Shown: in pieces, positions 47,851 through 57,163 of the stretch
How the letters are laid out: each line of letters starts with the position of its first letter
Position numbering within the stretch: position 1 is the first letter of the stretch
Origin: an uncultured Enterobacteriaceae bacterium
GTDB lineage: Bacteria; Pseudomonadota; Gammaproteobacteria; Burkholderiales; SG8-39
Direction: 5' to 3'
Assembly (NCBI GenBank): GCA_964430565.1
Contig: CAYSFD010000051.1
Location: 29,989 to 93,988 of the forward strand
DNA: 64,000 bases
Position numbers and translations under genes: made by a program
Notes under the pieces: model-generated
The model's input: only the letters and a program-made list of their open reading frames with translations
Database searches by the model: none
What the model was told of the DNA's origin: nothing

Positions 47851-48602
47851 GGGTCGGCGCAATCATCATCGGCGACGAAATCATTCGCGGCAAGCGCGAG
47901 GACAAGCATTTCGCGAAGCTCATCGCGATCCTCGGCGCACGCGGGATGAAGCTCGACTGGTGCGAGTACCTCGGCGACACGCCGGAGCTCATCACCGCGA
48001 CGCTCAAGCGCACGCTCGTCTCGGGCGACCTCGTCTTCAGCTTCGGCGGCATCGGCGCAACGCCGGACGATCGCACCCGCCAGTGTGCGGCGGACGCGCT
48101 TGGTGTCCGACTCGTGTTGCACCCGGAAGCCGAGGCGGCGATACGGTCCCGCGCGGACATGGAAATCACACCTCAGCGGCTCAAGATGGGGGAATTTCCG
48201 ATGGGTTCCAGCATCATTCCGAATCCGTACAACCGCATCCCGGGATTTTCCGTGGCGGATCACCATTTCGTTCCCGGATTTCCGGTGATGGCCTGGCCGA
48301 TGGTCGAGTGGGTGCTCGACCATCGCTATGCGCACCTGTTCCACCTCGCACCCGAAGCCGAGGCCTCGATCATCGTGTATGACCTTCCGGAATCGACGGT
48401 TACGCCACTCATGCTGGAGGTGGAAGTGCGCTACCTCCGCTTGAAGTCCTTCAGCCTTCCGAGCATGGGCGAGGGGGGGGTGCGCCGTCACATCGAGCTC
48501 GGCGTGCGCGGCACGCCCGACGAAGTGGCGCCGGCCATCGAGCAGATGAAGGCGGGAGTCGCTGCGCTCGGCGGTAGGTGGGAACCCGCCGGGAAAGCCT
48601 GA
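47847..48602 (+). CDS. CinA N-terminal / molybdopterin-binding-like protein
   Basis: GTGA overlap; IIIGDEIIRG, GGIGATPDD, HFVPGFPVMA. Confidence 0.88.
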   Translation: MRVGAIIIGDEIIRGKREDKHFAKLIAILGARGMKLDWCEYLGDTPELITATLKRTLVSGDLVFSFGGIGATPDDRTRQCAADALGVRLVLHPEAEAAIRSRADMEITPQRLKMGEFPMGSSIIPNPYNRIPGFSVADHHFVPGFPVMAWPMVEWVLDHRYAHLFHLAPEAEASIIVYDLPESTVTPLMLEVEVRYLRLKSFSLPSMGEGGVRRHIELGVRGTPDEVAPAIEQMKAGVAALGGRWEPAGKA

Positions 48603-48637
48603 CCAACATCGTGGCAAAAAGCTAGGCGAGAGCAATA

Positions 48638-48652
48638 GTTATACTTAATAAT
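48638..48652. promoter_or_regulatory. AT-rich imperfect dyad GTTATA-CTT-AATAAT, candidate MarR-type operator
   Basis: Overlaps TATACT/TAATAAT -10-like hexamers upstream of ech-fcs. Confidence 0.4.
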
Positions 48653-48678
48653 CGCGGTAGTGAGGTCTCGGAGGAGCG

Positions 48679-49482
48679 GTGAACGAGCCGGCTGATGGTT
48701 CTACAATTTCGACGCAGGGCTTGCTGAGGGTCGAGCTCGACGGGGACATCGCTCTGGTGTCCCTGAGTCGTCCGGCTAAACGCAACGCCTTGAACGACGC
48801 CCTCTTTTCCGGGATCGAGCGGTTCTTCTCCGACGTTCCGGCCGGGGTGCGCGCGGTCGTGTTGTACGGTGAAGGCGATCATTTCAGTGCGGGCCTTGAC
48901 CTTTCCGAGCTGAAGGGTCTGACCGCCGCCGAAGGGATGATGCACTCGATAGCCGGGCATCGCGCTTTCGACCGGGTCCAGTTCGGCTCGGTACCGGTAG
49001 TCGCGGTGTTGCACGGGGCGGTGGTAGGCGGCGGGCTGGAGCTTGCTTGCGCGGCGCACATTCGAGTCGCCGAAACCTCGGCGTTCTATGCGCTTCCCGA
49101 GGGCCAGCGGGGAATTTTCGTCGGCGGCGGCGGTTCGGTGCGCGTGCCCCGGACGATCGGCGCCGCGCGCATGACCGACATGATGCTGACAGGGAGGGCC
49201 TATTCCGCGGAGGAAGGTCAGGAGGTTGGGATTTCACACTATCTCGTCGGACCCGGCGAAGGGCGGCGCAAAGCCATCGAGCTGGCGAGATCGATAGCCA
49301 AGAATGCAGTGCTCACCAACTTCGCAGTGATGCACGCGCTTCCGCGGATTGCTGAAGCGGGGCAGGACCACGGCATGTTCATGGAGGCGCTGATATCGGG
49401 CATCGCGCAGGCGGATCCCGAAGCGAAGAAGCGCATGCAGAGCTTCCTGGACAAGAGTGCTCCGAAGTTGAGGGAAGACTGA
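48679..49482 (+). CDS. Crotonase/enoyl-CoA hydratase family protein
   Basis: LSRPAKRNAL, FSAGLDL, GGGLEL, LPEGQRG; GGAGGAG SD. Confidence 0.92.
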   Translation: MNEPADGSTISTQGLLRVELDGDIALVSLSRPAKRNALNDALFSGIERFFSDVPAGVRAVVLYGEGDHFSAGLDLSELKGLTAAEGMMHSIAGHRAFDRVQFGSVPVVAVLHGAVVGGGLELACAAHIRVAETSAFYALPEGQRGIFVGGGGSVRVPRTIGAARMTDMMLTGRAYSAEEGQEVGISHYLVGPGEGRRKAIELARSIAKNAVLTNFAVMHALPRIAEAGQDHGMFMEALISGIAQADPEAKKRMQSFLDKSAPKLRED

Positions 49483-51350
49483 TGTCGGGCTCCGCTCCGC
49501 TCAGGCGGACGCGTTTCGGGCCGATCGGCGTAGATGTTTCGAGGTCCTTAGGCGATGTGACCTACCTCCGATCGCCCTATCCCCTTGGGGTCTACCCGAG
49601 GACCCTCACCGAGCGGCTCCTGCACTGGGCGCGCCTCGTACCCGATCGCACCTGTATAGCCGGCCGTGACCGAGCAGGTCATTGGAGGGTGCTTGACTAC
49701 GCCGCGAGCCTGCGGCACGTGCGCTCGATCGGGCAGGCGCTCCTGGACAGAAAGCTGTCCGAGAATCGGCCGGTCGTGATCCTCTCGGAGAACGATGTCG
49801 AGCACGGATTGCTTGCGCTTGCGGCAATGCATGTGGGGGTGCTCTTCGCGCCGGTATCGCCGGCCTATTCGCTCGTGTCCTCCGATTTCAGCCGGCTGCG
49901 GCATATCCTCTCGCTGCTCAAGCCGGGACTGGTATTTGCTGCAGACGGGCGCCGCTATGCTCGCGCGATCGCGGCGACCGTCCCGGCCGACGTGGAACTG
50001 ATTGTAGCTGGGGAGGCACCCGAAGGGCGTCGCGCGACGCCTTTCGCCACGCTGGAACGGACCGAAGCGACCGAGGCGGTGGAGCGAGCCTACGAGAATG
50101 TCGGGCCCGATACGGTTGCGAAAATCCTCTTCACCTCCGGCTCCACGTCCCACCCGAAGGGTGTAATCAACACACAGCGGATGCTCTGCAGCAACCAGCA
50201 GATGATCCTGCAGACGCTGGCGTTTCTCGGAGACACCCCGCCCGTGCTGCTCGACTGGTCGCCGTGGCACCACACGGCGGGCGGAAACCACAACTTCGGA
50301 CTGGTCATCTACAACGGCGGCTCGCTTTACATCGACGACGGTAAGCCGGGCCTCGGCGAGATCGACAAGACCGTGCGCAACCTGCGGGAAATCGCGCCGA
50401 CCTTCTATTTCAACGTTCCCAAGGGCTATGAGGACCTCATTCCCTATCTGCGGCGTGAGCCTGCGCTGCGGCAGAAGTTTTTCAGTCGGCTCTCGATGCT
50501 GCTCTATGCGGGCGCAGGCATGTCCCAAAATGTGTGGGACGCGCTCGAGGAGCTTGCGGCGGAAACCTGCGGCGAGCGCGTTCCCCTGATCACGGCACTC
50601 GGTTCGACCGAAACGGCGCCGTTCGCGCTGTGCGGCAACTGGGATACCGGCGGTCGCGCCGGCGTCATCGGCCTTCCCGCGCCGGGTTTGGAAGCGAAGC
50701 TCGTCCCGAACGGTGAGAAGATCGAGATCCGAGTACGTGGCCCCAATATCACGCCGGGTTACCTGCACGAGGAAGCGCTCACTCGGGAGGCGTTCGACGA
50801 AGAGGGCTACTATCGCATGGGTGACGCGGTGAAATTCGTCGAGTCGGCGGACCCGAAGAAGGGGTTGCTCTTCGACGGTCGCATCGCGGAGGATTTCAAG
50901 CTTTCGACGGGTACCTGGGTCAACGTTGGGGCGCTTAGGGCAAAAGTGATCCTCGAGGGCGCGCCTTATGTGCGGGACGTGGTAATCGCGGGACACGACC
51001 GGGACTGCATCGCCGTGCTCGTCTTTCCCAATCTAGCGGCCTGCCGGGAGTTTTGCAGCGGCGCGCCGGATTCCGAAGTCTTTGGCAACAGATTCGTGCG
51101 CGCGTGTTTCGAGACCCTGCTGAAGCGTTTGGTCGCAGACAGCACCGGCAGCTCCAACCGGGTCGCTCGAATGATCCTGCTCGAAGCGCCGCCGTCGATC
51201 GATGCGCACGAAATCACCGATAAGGGCTCGATCAACCAGAGCGCGGTCCTAAAAAACCGGGCGGATCTCGTCGAAGAACTTTACCGCAGGCCGCTTTCGC
51301 CCAAGGTCATCGCGGTGGGCGCAGAGGGAGGGACGCGCGCCGCAGCCTAG
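49482..51350 (+). CDS. fcs: Feruloyl-CoA synthase-like acyl-CoA ligase
   Basis: LFTSGSTSHPKG, PWHHTAGGNHN, GSTETAP, RGPNITPGY, FDGRIAEDFKL, ITDKGSINQ. Confidence 0.88.
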   Translation: MSGSAPLRRTRFGPIGVDVSRSLGDVTYLRSPYPLGVYPRTLTERLLHWARLVPDRTCIAGRDRAGHWRVLDYAASLRHVRSIGQALLDRKLSENRPVVILSENDVEHGLLALAAMHVGVLFAPVSPAYSLVSSDFSRLRHILSLLKPGLVFAADGRRYARAIAATVPADVELIVAGEAPEGRRATPFATLERTEATEAVERAYENVGPDTVAKILFTSGSTSHPKGVINTQRMLCSNQQMILQTLAFLGDTPPVLLDWSPWHHTAGGNHNFGLVIYNGGSLYIDDGKPGLGEIDKTVRNLREIAPTFYFNVPKGYEDLIPYLRREPALRQKFFSRLSMLLYAGAGMSQNVWDALEELAAETCGERVPLITALGSTETAPFALCGNWDTGGRAGVIGLPAPGLEAKLVPNGEKIEIRVRGPNITPGYLHEEALTREAFDEEGYYRMGDAVKFVESADPKKGLLFDGRIAEDFKLSTGTWVNVGALRAKVILEGAPYVRDVVIAGHDRDCIAVLVFPNLAACREFCSGAPDSEVFGNRFVRACFETLLKRLVADSTGSSNRVARMILLEAPPSIDAHEITDKGSINQSAVLKNRADLVEELYRRPLSPKVIAVGAEGGTRAAA

Positions 51351-51386
51351 CCGGACAGGGCTTTTGTTTCTTTGCAGACGACAAAC

Positions 51387-51414
51387 AAAAAGCCCTGGCT
51401 TGCGCCAGGGCTTT
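51387..51414 (-). terminator. Rho-independent terminator (phasin transcript; possibly bidirectional)
   Basis: AAAGCCCTGGC-GCAA-GCCAGGGCTTT with a GNRA loop on the minus strand, followed by T-rich sequence. Confidence 0.9.
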
Positions 51415-51454
51415 AGGGCGCCCCACAGAGAGGAGGAGGAGGACTGTGGGGCGC
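51387..51454 (-). ncRNA. Candidate 3'-UTR sRNA: 11-bp stem with UCCUCCUCCUCCUCU loop plus terminator
   Basis: GCGCCCCACAG (51418-28) pairs with CTGTGGGGCGC (51444-54); 15-nt loop; starts 17 nt after the phasin stop. Confidence 0.6.
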
Positions 51455-51470
51455 GGTAAAACTTGCGAAT

Positions 51471-52019
51471 CTAGGCTGTCGCGCGCTGCTTCCGGTGGGT
51501 TTCCTTTGCGGCCGTGGTCGCTGCGGCGAAATTCGCCTCGGCGATCTCGGCGGCTTGTTTCGCCACCTTGCTGAAGCTTTCGTAGGCGGAGTTGGTCGCG
51601 GCGAGTGCGGACTTCACGGCAGCGACTGCGGTCTCGGACCCGGCGGGGGCGTTTTTCGAGACGTTGTCGATAAGTCCGGCCAGGTTCTTGTTAAACTCGG
51701 CCACTCGCGCTTCGAAAAACTTCGCCAGCTCGCCCTGCGCTTGAGATGCAACCTCATATACGCTGCGTGAGTAGGCAATGGCCTTTTCGATCGCCGGCTG
51801 GGCAGTTGCTGCGGTCAAATTGACGTATTCCTGGGCGTCTCTGGCGCCGAGCAGCGCCTTGGCGTGACCGGTGCCCTCTTCATAGGCGGTCTTGGTCGCA
51901 CTGACGTTCAGTGTGGACAGGCGTTCGAAAGCGGCAAGTTGGGAACTTGCGAGACCTAGAATGGCCTCGACGCCGGCCTTGTTCGCGGTGGCGATTTGTT
52001 CGGGTGTAATAGAGTTCAT
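51471..52019 (-). CDS. phaP: Phasin (PHA granule-associated protein)
   Basis: TPEQIATANKAGVE, AIEKAIAYSRSVYE, KNAPAGSETAVAAVKSALAA; GGAG SD. Confidence 0.92.
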   Translation of the reverse strand: MNSITPEQIATANKAGVEAILGLASSQLAAFERLSTLNVSATKTAYEEGTGHAKALLGARDAQEYVNLTAATAQPAIEKAIAYSRSVYEVASQAQGELAKFFEARVAEFNKNLAGLIDNVSKNAPAGSETAVAAVKSALAATNSAYESFSKVAKQAAEIAEANFAAATTAAKETHRKQRATA

Positions 52020-52052
52020 GGTCATCTCCGTAAGAACGGGGTTGGAAAAATA

Positions 52053-52121
52053 TTGCACTGCAACAAACACGAATTCTACAGGTGAAAATGATCGTGTCAA
52101 GAGAAATATGCTGCAATGCAA
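52053..52121. promoter_or_regulatory. Two TGC-N3-GCA boxes (TTGCACTGCAA 52053-63; CTGCAATGCAA 52111-21), PhaR-type operators
   Basis: Upstream of phasin; PhaR repressors are known to bind TGC-rich dyads at phaP promoters. Confidence 0.6.
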
Positions 52122-52261
52122 GATACCTGGTCCATCATTCGGAACAACTCCACATAAACAAAGACATATAGCTGAGCTGCTCCTCGCGCGTCTGCCCTGA
52201 AGTCAGTAGCACTAATGCGTAACCCATTGCTTTTACATATGACTCTTCTTTCCAACCAATC

Positions 52262-53164
52262 ATGAGCACGCGCCATGACGCGCTGCCGCCGTCGATCATC
52301 GTCCTGGTAGTCCTGCTTGCGCTGGGCTGGGGATCAAATTGGCCGCTGATGAAGGTCGTGATGACCGAAATGGCGCCCCTGCATTTCCGCGTTTTGTGTC
52401 TGATCGCCGGCGCCGCGGGCCTCTTCGCCATCGCACGTGCCAACCGGCTGCCGATCCGGGTCCCTCGTGGCCAATGGCCGCGGTTGATCGCGATCGCGGC
52501 ATTCAATGTGGCTGCCTGGAATGTCCTAGCGGTGTACGGCGTCACATTCATGGAATCGGGCCGCGCGGTGATTCTCGCGTATACCTTTCCGGTGTGGGGC
52601 GTGCTGCTCGGCGTCTGGTTCCTGCATGAGCCGCTGACCGGGAGGCGTCTCGCAGGAGTGGTTCTGGGTCTCCTCGGGATGCTGTTGCTCCTCGGCGAGG
52701 AGATGCGCGCCGTCGGGCGTTCGCCGACCGGGGCGCTGTTGCTCATCGCCTCGGCGATCAGCTGGGCAATCAGCACGGCCATCATGAAGCGCTGGCCGGT
52801 CGATCTGCCGACTACATCATTTACCGGTTGGCAGATGCTGCTTGCCCTCCTGCCGATTCTCTCTGGCGCGCTAATTTTCGAGAAAGGGAGCTTTTCGCCG
52901 TTTGAGCTATCAACCTTGCCCTTGCTGGGGTTGATCTATAACGCGATCGTCAGTTCGATCTTCTGCAACTGGGCCTGGATCAAGATCGCGACTCACGCGC
53001 CGATCAGTGTCTCCTCTCTCTCCACGCTGATGATTCCGATCGTGGGCGTGTTCAGCGGCATGTTCGTGCTCGGCGAGCGCCCGCAGTGGAGCGATTTCGC
53101 CGCGCTCCTCCTTGTCGTCGCGGCGGTCGCGGTCGTCCTCATGCCGCAGCGCAGGACGGCCTGA
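52262..53164 (+). CDS. EamA/DMT family transporter
   Basis: Ten TM helices; WGSNWPLMK, LAYTFPVW, LMIPIVGVFSGMFVLGE. Confidence 0.92.
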   Translation: MSTRHDALPPSIIVLVVLLALGWGSNWPLMKVVMTEMAPLHFRVLCLIAGAAGLFAIARANRLPIRVPRGQWPRLIAIAAFNVAAWNVLAVYGVTFMESGRAVILAYTFPVWGVLLGVWFLHEPLTGRRLAGVVLGLLGMLLLLGEEMRAVGRSPTGALLLIASAISWAISTAIMKRWPVDLPTTSFTGWQMLLALLPILSGALIFEKGSFSPFELSTLPLLGLIYNAIVSSIFCNWAWIKIATHAPISVSSLSTLMIPIVGVFSGMFVLGERPQWSDFAALLLVVAAVAVVLMPQRRTA

Positions 53165-53210
53165 TCGGTAGTCCCCAGTTTATGAGCGAGCCGCGCGTTA
53201 AACTGCACTG

Positions 53211-54005
53211 ATGGTCGTGTCGCTCGTCAAGATCGTCGTCGGCGTTGCCCTGGGCGTGCTGCTATTCATGTGGCTTTTCCAGGAGCGCATGATGTTCTTT
53301 CCACGGTCGCTGGAGTCCCGCCCCACGCCGGGCCCCAATATCGAGGACGTGACCGTCGTCGCTGCGGACGGCGCAAAACTGCGCGGCTGGTTGGTCAAAG
53401 GCGTCGGGACGTCCGCGCCGCTGGTTATCTACTTCGGCGGTAACGCGGAGGAGGTCTCCTGGCTCGCCGGCGTCGCAGACCAGTTCGCGGGCTGGTCGTT
53501 GCTGCTCGTGAACTTTCGCGGCTACGGCGAAAGCGATGGCAAGCCCGGCGAGAAGGAACTCTTCGAGGACGCACTCGTGATTCACGATTACGCGAAGCTG
53601 CGCCCCGACGTGAGTCCCGAGCGTATCGTCGCGATGGGCCGCAGCCTTGGGAGCGGGGTCGCGGTTCACCTTGCGGCGCATCGCCCCGTGCGCGGCGTGA
53701 TTCTGGTGTCGCCCTATGACAGCATCGCCGAAGTGGCGAAGCGCCACTATCCGTTTCTGCCGGTGTCGCTCATGCTGCGGCACCGCTTCGACTCGCTGGC
53801 CCGCGCGCCGCAGATCGAGGCTCCGCTCTTGTGCCTGGTTGCGACCGAAGACCGGATCATCCCGTCCGCGCATTCGCGCGTCCTGTTCGAAGCCTGGCGT
53901 GGCGCGAAGACCTGGCGCGAGGTTCCCCGATCGGATCACGACAGCATCTCAGGCGAGCCCGAGTACTGGCGCTCGATCGCGGAGTTTCTAAAGGCGCTAC
54001 GCTAA
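53211..54005 (+). CDS. Alpha/beta hydrolase (BEM46/ABHD13-like) with N-terminal anchor
   Basis: IYFGGNAE, NFRGYGES, GRSLGSG nucleophile motif, D and H of the triad (EDRII, SDHD). Confidence 0.9.
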   Translation: MVVSLVKIVVGVALGVLLFMWLFQERMMFFPRSLESRPTPGPNIEDVTVVAADGAKLRGWLVKGVGTSAPLVIYFGGNAEEVSWLAGVADQFAGWSLLLVNFRGYGESDGKPGEKELFEDALVIHDYAKLRPDVSPERIVAMGRSLGSGVAVHLAAHRPVRGVILVSPYDSIAEVAKRHYPFLPVSLMLRHRFDSLARAPQIEAPLLCLVATEDRIIPSAHSRVLFEAWRGAKTWREVPRSDHDSISGEPEYWRSIAEFLKALR

Positions 54006-54067
54006 GCTGGGGGCGGAAACGCCACTGCTATACTGCTGACCGTTCAACGAATTCCGGAGATTTCCGC

Positions 54068-54448
54068 ATGACGACCGTGGTGCTGACGAAGGATAATTTC
54101 GAGCAGGTTGTGAACGGCAACGACATGGTCCTCGTCGATTTCTGGGCGCCCTGGTGCGGGCCCTGCAAGGGCTTCGCGCCGGTATTCGAGGCGGCCTCGG
54201 AAAAGCACGCCGACATCATTTTCGGCAAGGTGAACAGCGACGACGAACAGGAACTCGCCGCCTCGTTCAACATCCGCTCGATACCCACCCTGATGCTGTT
54301 CCGCGAAAAGGTGATCCTTTTCTCCCAAGCGGGAGCGATTCCCGGCTCAGCGTTGGAGCAGGTTATCGCGAAAGGCAAGGAACTCGACATGGCGGAAGTG
54401 CGCAAGGAGTTGGCCGAGCGCGAGGACACGCCCGCAGCCCAACCTTAA
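54068..54448 (+). CDS. Thioredoxin
   Basis: DFWAPWCGPCK active site; SIPTLMLF. Confidence 0.95.
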   Translation: MTTVVLTKDNFEQVVNGNDMVLVDFWAPWCGPCKGFAPVFEAASEKHADIIFGKVNSDDEQELAASFNIRSIPTLMLFREKVILFSQAGAIPGSALEQVIAKGKELDMAEVRKELAEREDTPAAQP

Positions 54449-54501
54449 ACGGCCCCGTCTTCGGCCTCCGGCTCCGGAGGTGCCGGGAAACGCAAAAAAT
54501 A

Positions 54502-54532
54502 AAAAAGGCAGGGAAATCCTCCCTGCCTTTTT
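54502..54532. terminator. Bidirectional intrinsic terminator
   Basis: AAAAAGGCAGGGA-AATCC-TCCCTGCCTTTTT between convergent genes. Confidence 0.88.
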
Positions 54533-54548
54533 CAGCGCGTCGGGAACC

Positions 54549-54764
54549 TTACTTCTTCGCTTCGTCCTTCTTGGCAGCCTTCGTGTCTTTCTTAGCGGCC
54601 TTGGCGTCCTTCTTGGCGGGGGCTTTCTTTGCGGCCTTCTTATCGCCGTCTTTCTTCATCTCATCTTTCTTCGCGGGCTGGGCGCCGGCGTGAGACGCCG
54701 CGACGGCAAAGCCGCTCGAAAGAGCGAAGACTGCAGCAATCAACAACGAAAAAAGTTTCTTCAT
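54549..54764 (-). CDS. Small secreted Lys/Ala/Asp-rich protein (71 aa)
   Basis: GAGGAG SD; signal peptide MKKLFSLLIAAVFALSSGFAVA; KKD/AKK repeats; upstream TTGACC-N18-CATTCT. Confidence 0.85.
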   Translation of the reverse strand: MKKLFSLLIAAVFALSSGFAVAASHAGAQPAKKDEMKKDGDKKAAKKAPAKKDAKAAKKDTKAAKKDEAKK

Positions 54765-54951
54765 TTGATCTCTCCTCTGAGCGTTTTTAGAATGATCCGG
54801 TCACCGGAAGCCGGTCAACCAGCGCCTATCCTATCAGAGAACCTTGAAAACGCGAAGGTTTTCCTGAGAGTCGGTCGGCGGCGCCCACGCGGCATATGGA
54901 ATCGCCGGTACCCTATTGGTTTTTCTATGGACCAGGCACTCTAATCAACCC

Positions 54952-55995
54952 GTGAGAACCGGCATCTACCACGCCCTCGCAGCTGCGGTCCTGTTCGGGG
55001 CGAGCACGCCGATCGCCAAGCTGCTCGTCGGGGCAATCGAGCCGGTCATGCTGGCCGGCCTCTTCTACGCGGGATCGGGATTGGGCCTGGGTTTGTGGCT
55101 CGCGCTGCGTGGCCCGGCCGAGTCAGGGGCCGAGCGCCCGCGGTTCGCGCCGGGCGATTACCGATGGCTCGCCGGGGCCGTCATTTCGGGTGGCGTGATC
55201 GGACCCGCGCTCCTCATGCTCGGCCTGGTCGCCACCGCTGCCTCTGCCGCGTCGCTGCTCCTCAACCTCGAGGGTGTATTTACCGCGCTTCTTGCCTGGT
55301 TCGCGTTCCGGGAGAATTTCGACCGCCGCGTGATGTTCGGAATGTTCCTGATCGTCTGCGGCGGGGTGGTCCTCGCCTGGCGGCCGGGCGAACTGGCCGT
55401 GTCCTGGTCGGCGCTCGCGGTGGCAGGGGCCTGTTTGTTCTGGGCGCTCGACAACAATCTCACGCGCAGGATCTCCTCAGGCGATGCAGTCAAGATTGCC
55501 GGCATCAAGGGTCTTGCGGCAGGCGCGGTCAACATTCTTCTAGCGCTGACCTTCGGCGCTGCGCTGCCGGCGCCGGATCTGGCCTTCGCCGCGGCGCTGG
55601 TGGGGCTGCTTGGCTACGGGATCAGCTTGGCCCTGTTCGTAGTGGCGCTGCGCCATCTCGGTACGGCGCGGACCGGTGCGTATTTTTCAACCGCGCCGTT
55701 TATCGGCGCGGCGTTGTCGTTTGCGCTGCTCGGCGAGGCGCCGGACGCCTGGTTCTGGACTGCCTCGGTATTGATGGCGGCGGGCGTTATCCTGCATCTC
55801 ACCGAGTACCATAAACACTTGCACGGACACGAAGCGCTTACCCATGTCCACTCCCATCTGCACGACGAACACCATCGTCACCGCCACGCCTTCGTCTGGA
55901 ACGGCGCCGAGCCGCACGCGCATGCCCACCAACATGAGCGGCTGAGCCACAGCCATCCGCACTTTCCGGACATTCATCATCGGCACGATCATTGA
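54952..55995 (+). CDS. DMT/EamA transporter with His-rich C-terminal tail
   Basis: LFGASTPIAKLL, WALDNNLTRRIS, GTARTGAYFSTAPF; more than 20 His in the last ~65 aa. Confidence 0.9.
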   Translation: MRTGIYHALAAAVLFGASTPIAKLLVGAIEPVMLAGLFYAGSGLGLGLWLALRGPAESGAERPRFAPGDYRWLAGAVISGGVIGPALLMLGLVATAASAASLLLNLEGVFTALLAWFAFRENFDRRVMFGMFLIVCGGVVLAWRPGELAVSWSALAVAGACLFWALDNNLTRRISSGDAVKIAGIKGLAAGAVNILLALTFGAALPAPDLAFAAALVGLLGYGISLALFVVALRHLGTARTGAYFSTAPFIGAALSFALLGEAPDAWFWTASVLMAAGVILHLTEYHKHLHGHEALTHVHSHLHDEHHRHRHAFVWNGAEPHAHAHQHERLSHSHPHFPDIHHRHDH

Positions 55996-56011
55996 CATCG
56001 CGCGTGCTCTC

Positions 56012-57163
56012 GTGCTCGCCTCGTTTGCGGTCGCGGCGCAGGCCGCGCCCTACGTCCCCGAGAACGACGCGACCGTGCTCGAGCACCTCCCCGTGAGGCC
56101 GGGCGATCCCGTCGCACGCGAGCTGCGGGGGCTGCGCGCCGAGCTTGCCCGCGACCCGCGGGATCTGGAGGTCGCGCTCCGGCTCGCCGAGCGCTACTTC
56201 GAGCTTGCAGGCGCGGAAGGCGACCCGCGCTACATCGGTTACGCCCAGGCTGCGCTCAAGCCTTGGTGGGACTTGCCCGATGCGCCGGCCGGTGCGCGCG
56301 TCATGCGCGCGATCGTCAAGCAATACAGCCATGACTTTTCCGCGGCGCTGCGGGATCTTCAAGCCGCAACTCACGAAGACCCCAAGAACGCGCTCGCCTG
56401 GTCCTGGCGCGCTGCGATCCATATGGTGCAGGCGGACTATGCTGCCGCACGCGCCGATTGCGAGGCGCTTCTAGAGATCGAGACTGAGCTGGGCGCCGTC
56501 TCCTGCATGGCCTATGTCGACGGAACCACCGGGAAGGCCGCGGTCGCGCATCGCGCGCTCTCTACTGCGTTTGCGCGCGACTCGGGTGTCTCATCCGCAG
56601 CGAAGGTCTGGGTGTTGACGCGGCTTGCCGAGATGTCCCTGCGCCAGGGCGATGCGAAACAGGCCGAGGAGCATTTCCGGGCCGCGCTCGCTCTGGACGT
56701 GCGTGATCAGTTCCTGCTCGCGGCTTGGGCCGATTTCCTGCTCGACCAGCGTCGGCCGGCGGAAGTGGTCGCGCTGCTACGCGACTGGGTGCGATCGGAC
56801 GTGCTGCTCTTGCGTCTCGCGTTCGCCGAAAAGGCGCTGGATGCACCGGCGGCGAAAGAGCACATTCAGGCGCTGAAAGCGCGTTTCGACGCCGCGGCGC
56901 TGCGCGGCGACAAGCTCCATCTGCAGGAAGAAGCGCGCTTCAACTTGTATCTGCTCGGGCAGAAAGAAAAGGCGCTCGCCCTCGCGCAGGAGAACTGGAA
57001 ATCCCAGCGCGAGCCGCGCGACGCGCGCATTCTTCTGGAGGCGGCGCTGGCGACAAACGACCCTTCGGCCGCGAAGGAGGTGTTCGACTGGCTCGAGCGC
57101 TCCGGGCACGAGGATCCACGCCTTCGCCAGACTGCGGAAAAACTGAGGAGGCTTAAGCAGTGA
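56012..57163 (+). CDS. Secreted TPR-repeat protein
   Basis: APYVPENDATVLEHLP, GDPRYIGYAQAAL, HLQEEARF, QREPRDARILLEAA; start uncertain. Confidence 0.82.
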   Translation: MLASFAVAAQAAPYVPENDATVLEHLPVRPGDPVARELRGLRAELARDPRDLEVALRLAERYFELAGAEGDPRYIGYAQAALKPWWDLPDAPAGARVMRAIVKQYSHDFSAALRDLQAATHEDPKNALAWSWRAAIHMVQADYAAARADCEALLEIETELGAVSCMAYVDGTTGKAAVAHRALSTAFARDSGVSSAAKVWVLTRLAEMSLRQGDAKQAEEHFRAALALDVRDQFLLAAWADFLLDQRRPAEVVALLRDWVRSDVLLLRLAFAEKALDAPAAKEHIQALKARFDAAALRGDKLHLQEEARFNLYLLGQKEKALALAQENWKSQREPRDARILLEAALATNDPSAAKEVFDWLERSGHEDPRLRQTAEKLRRLKQ

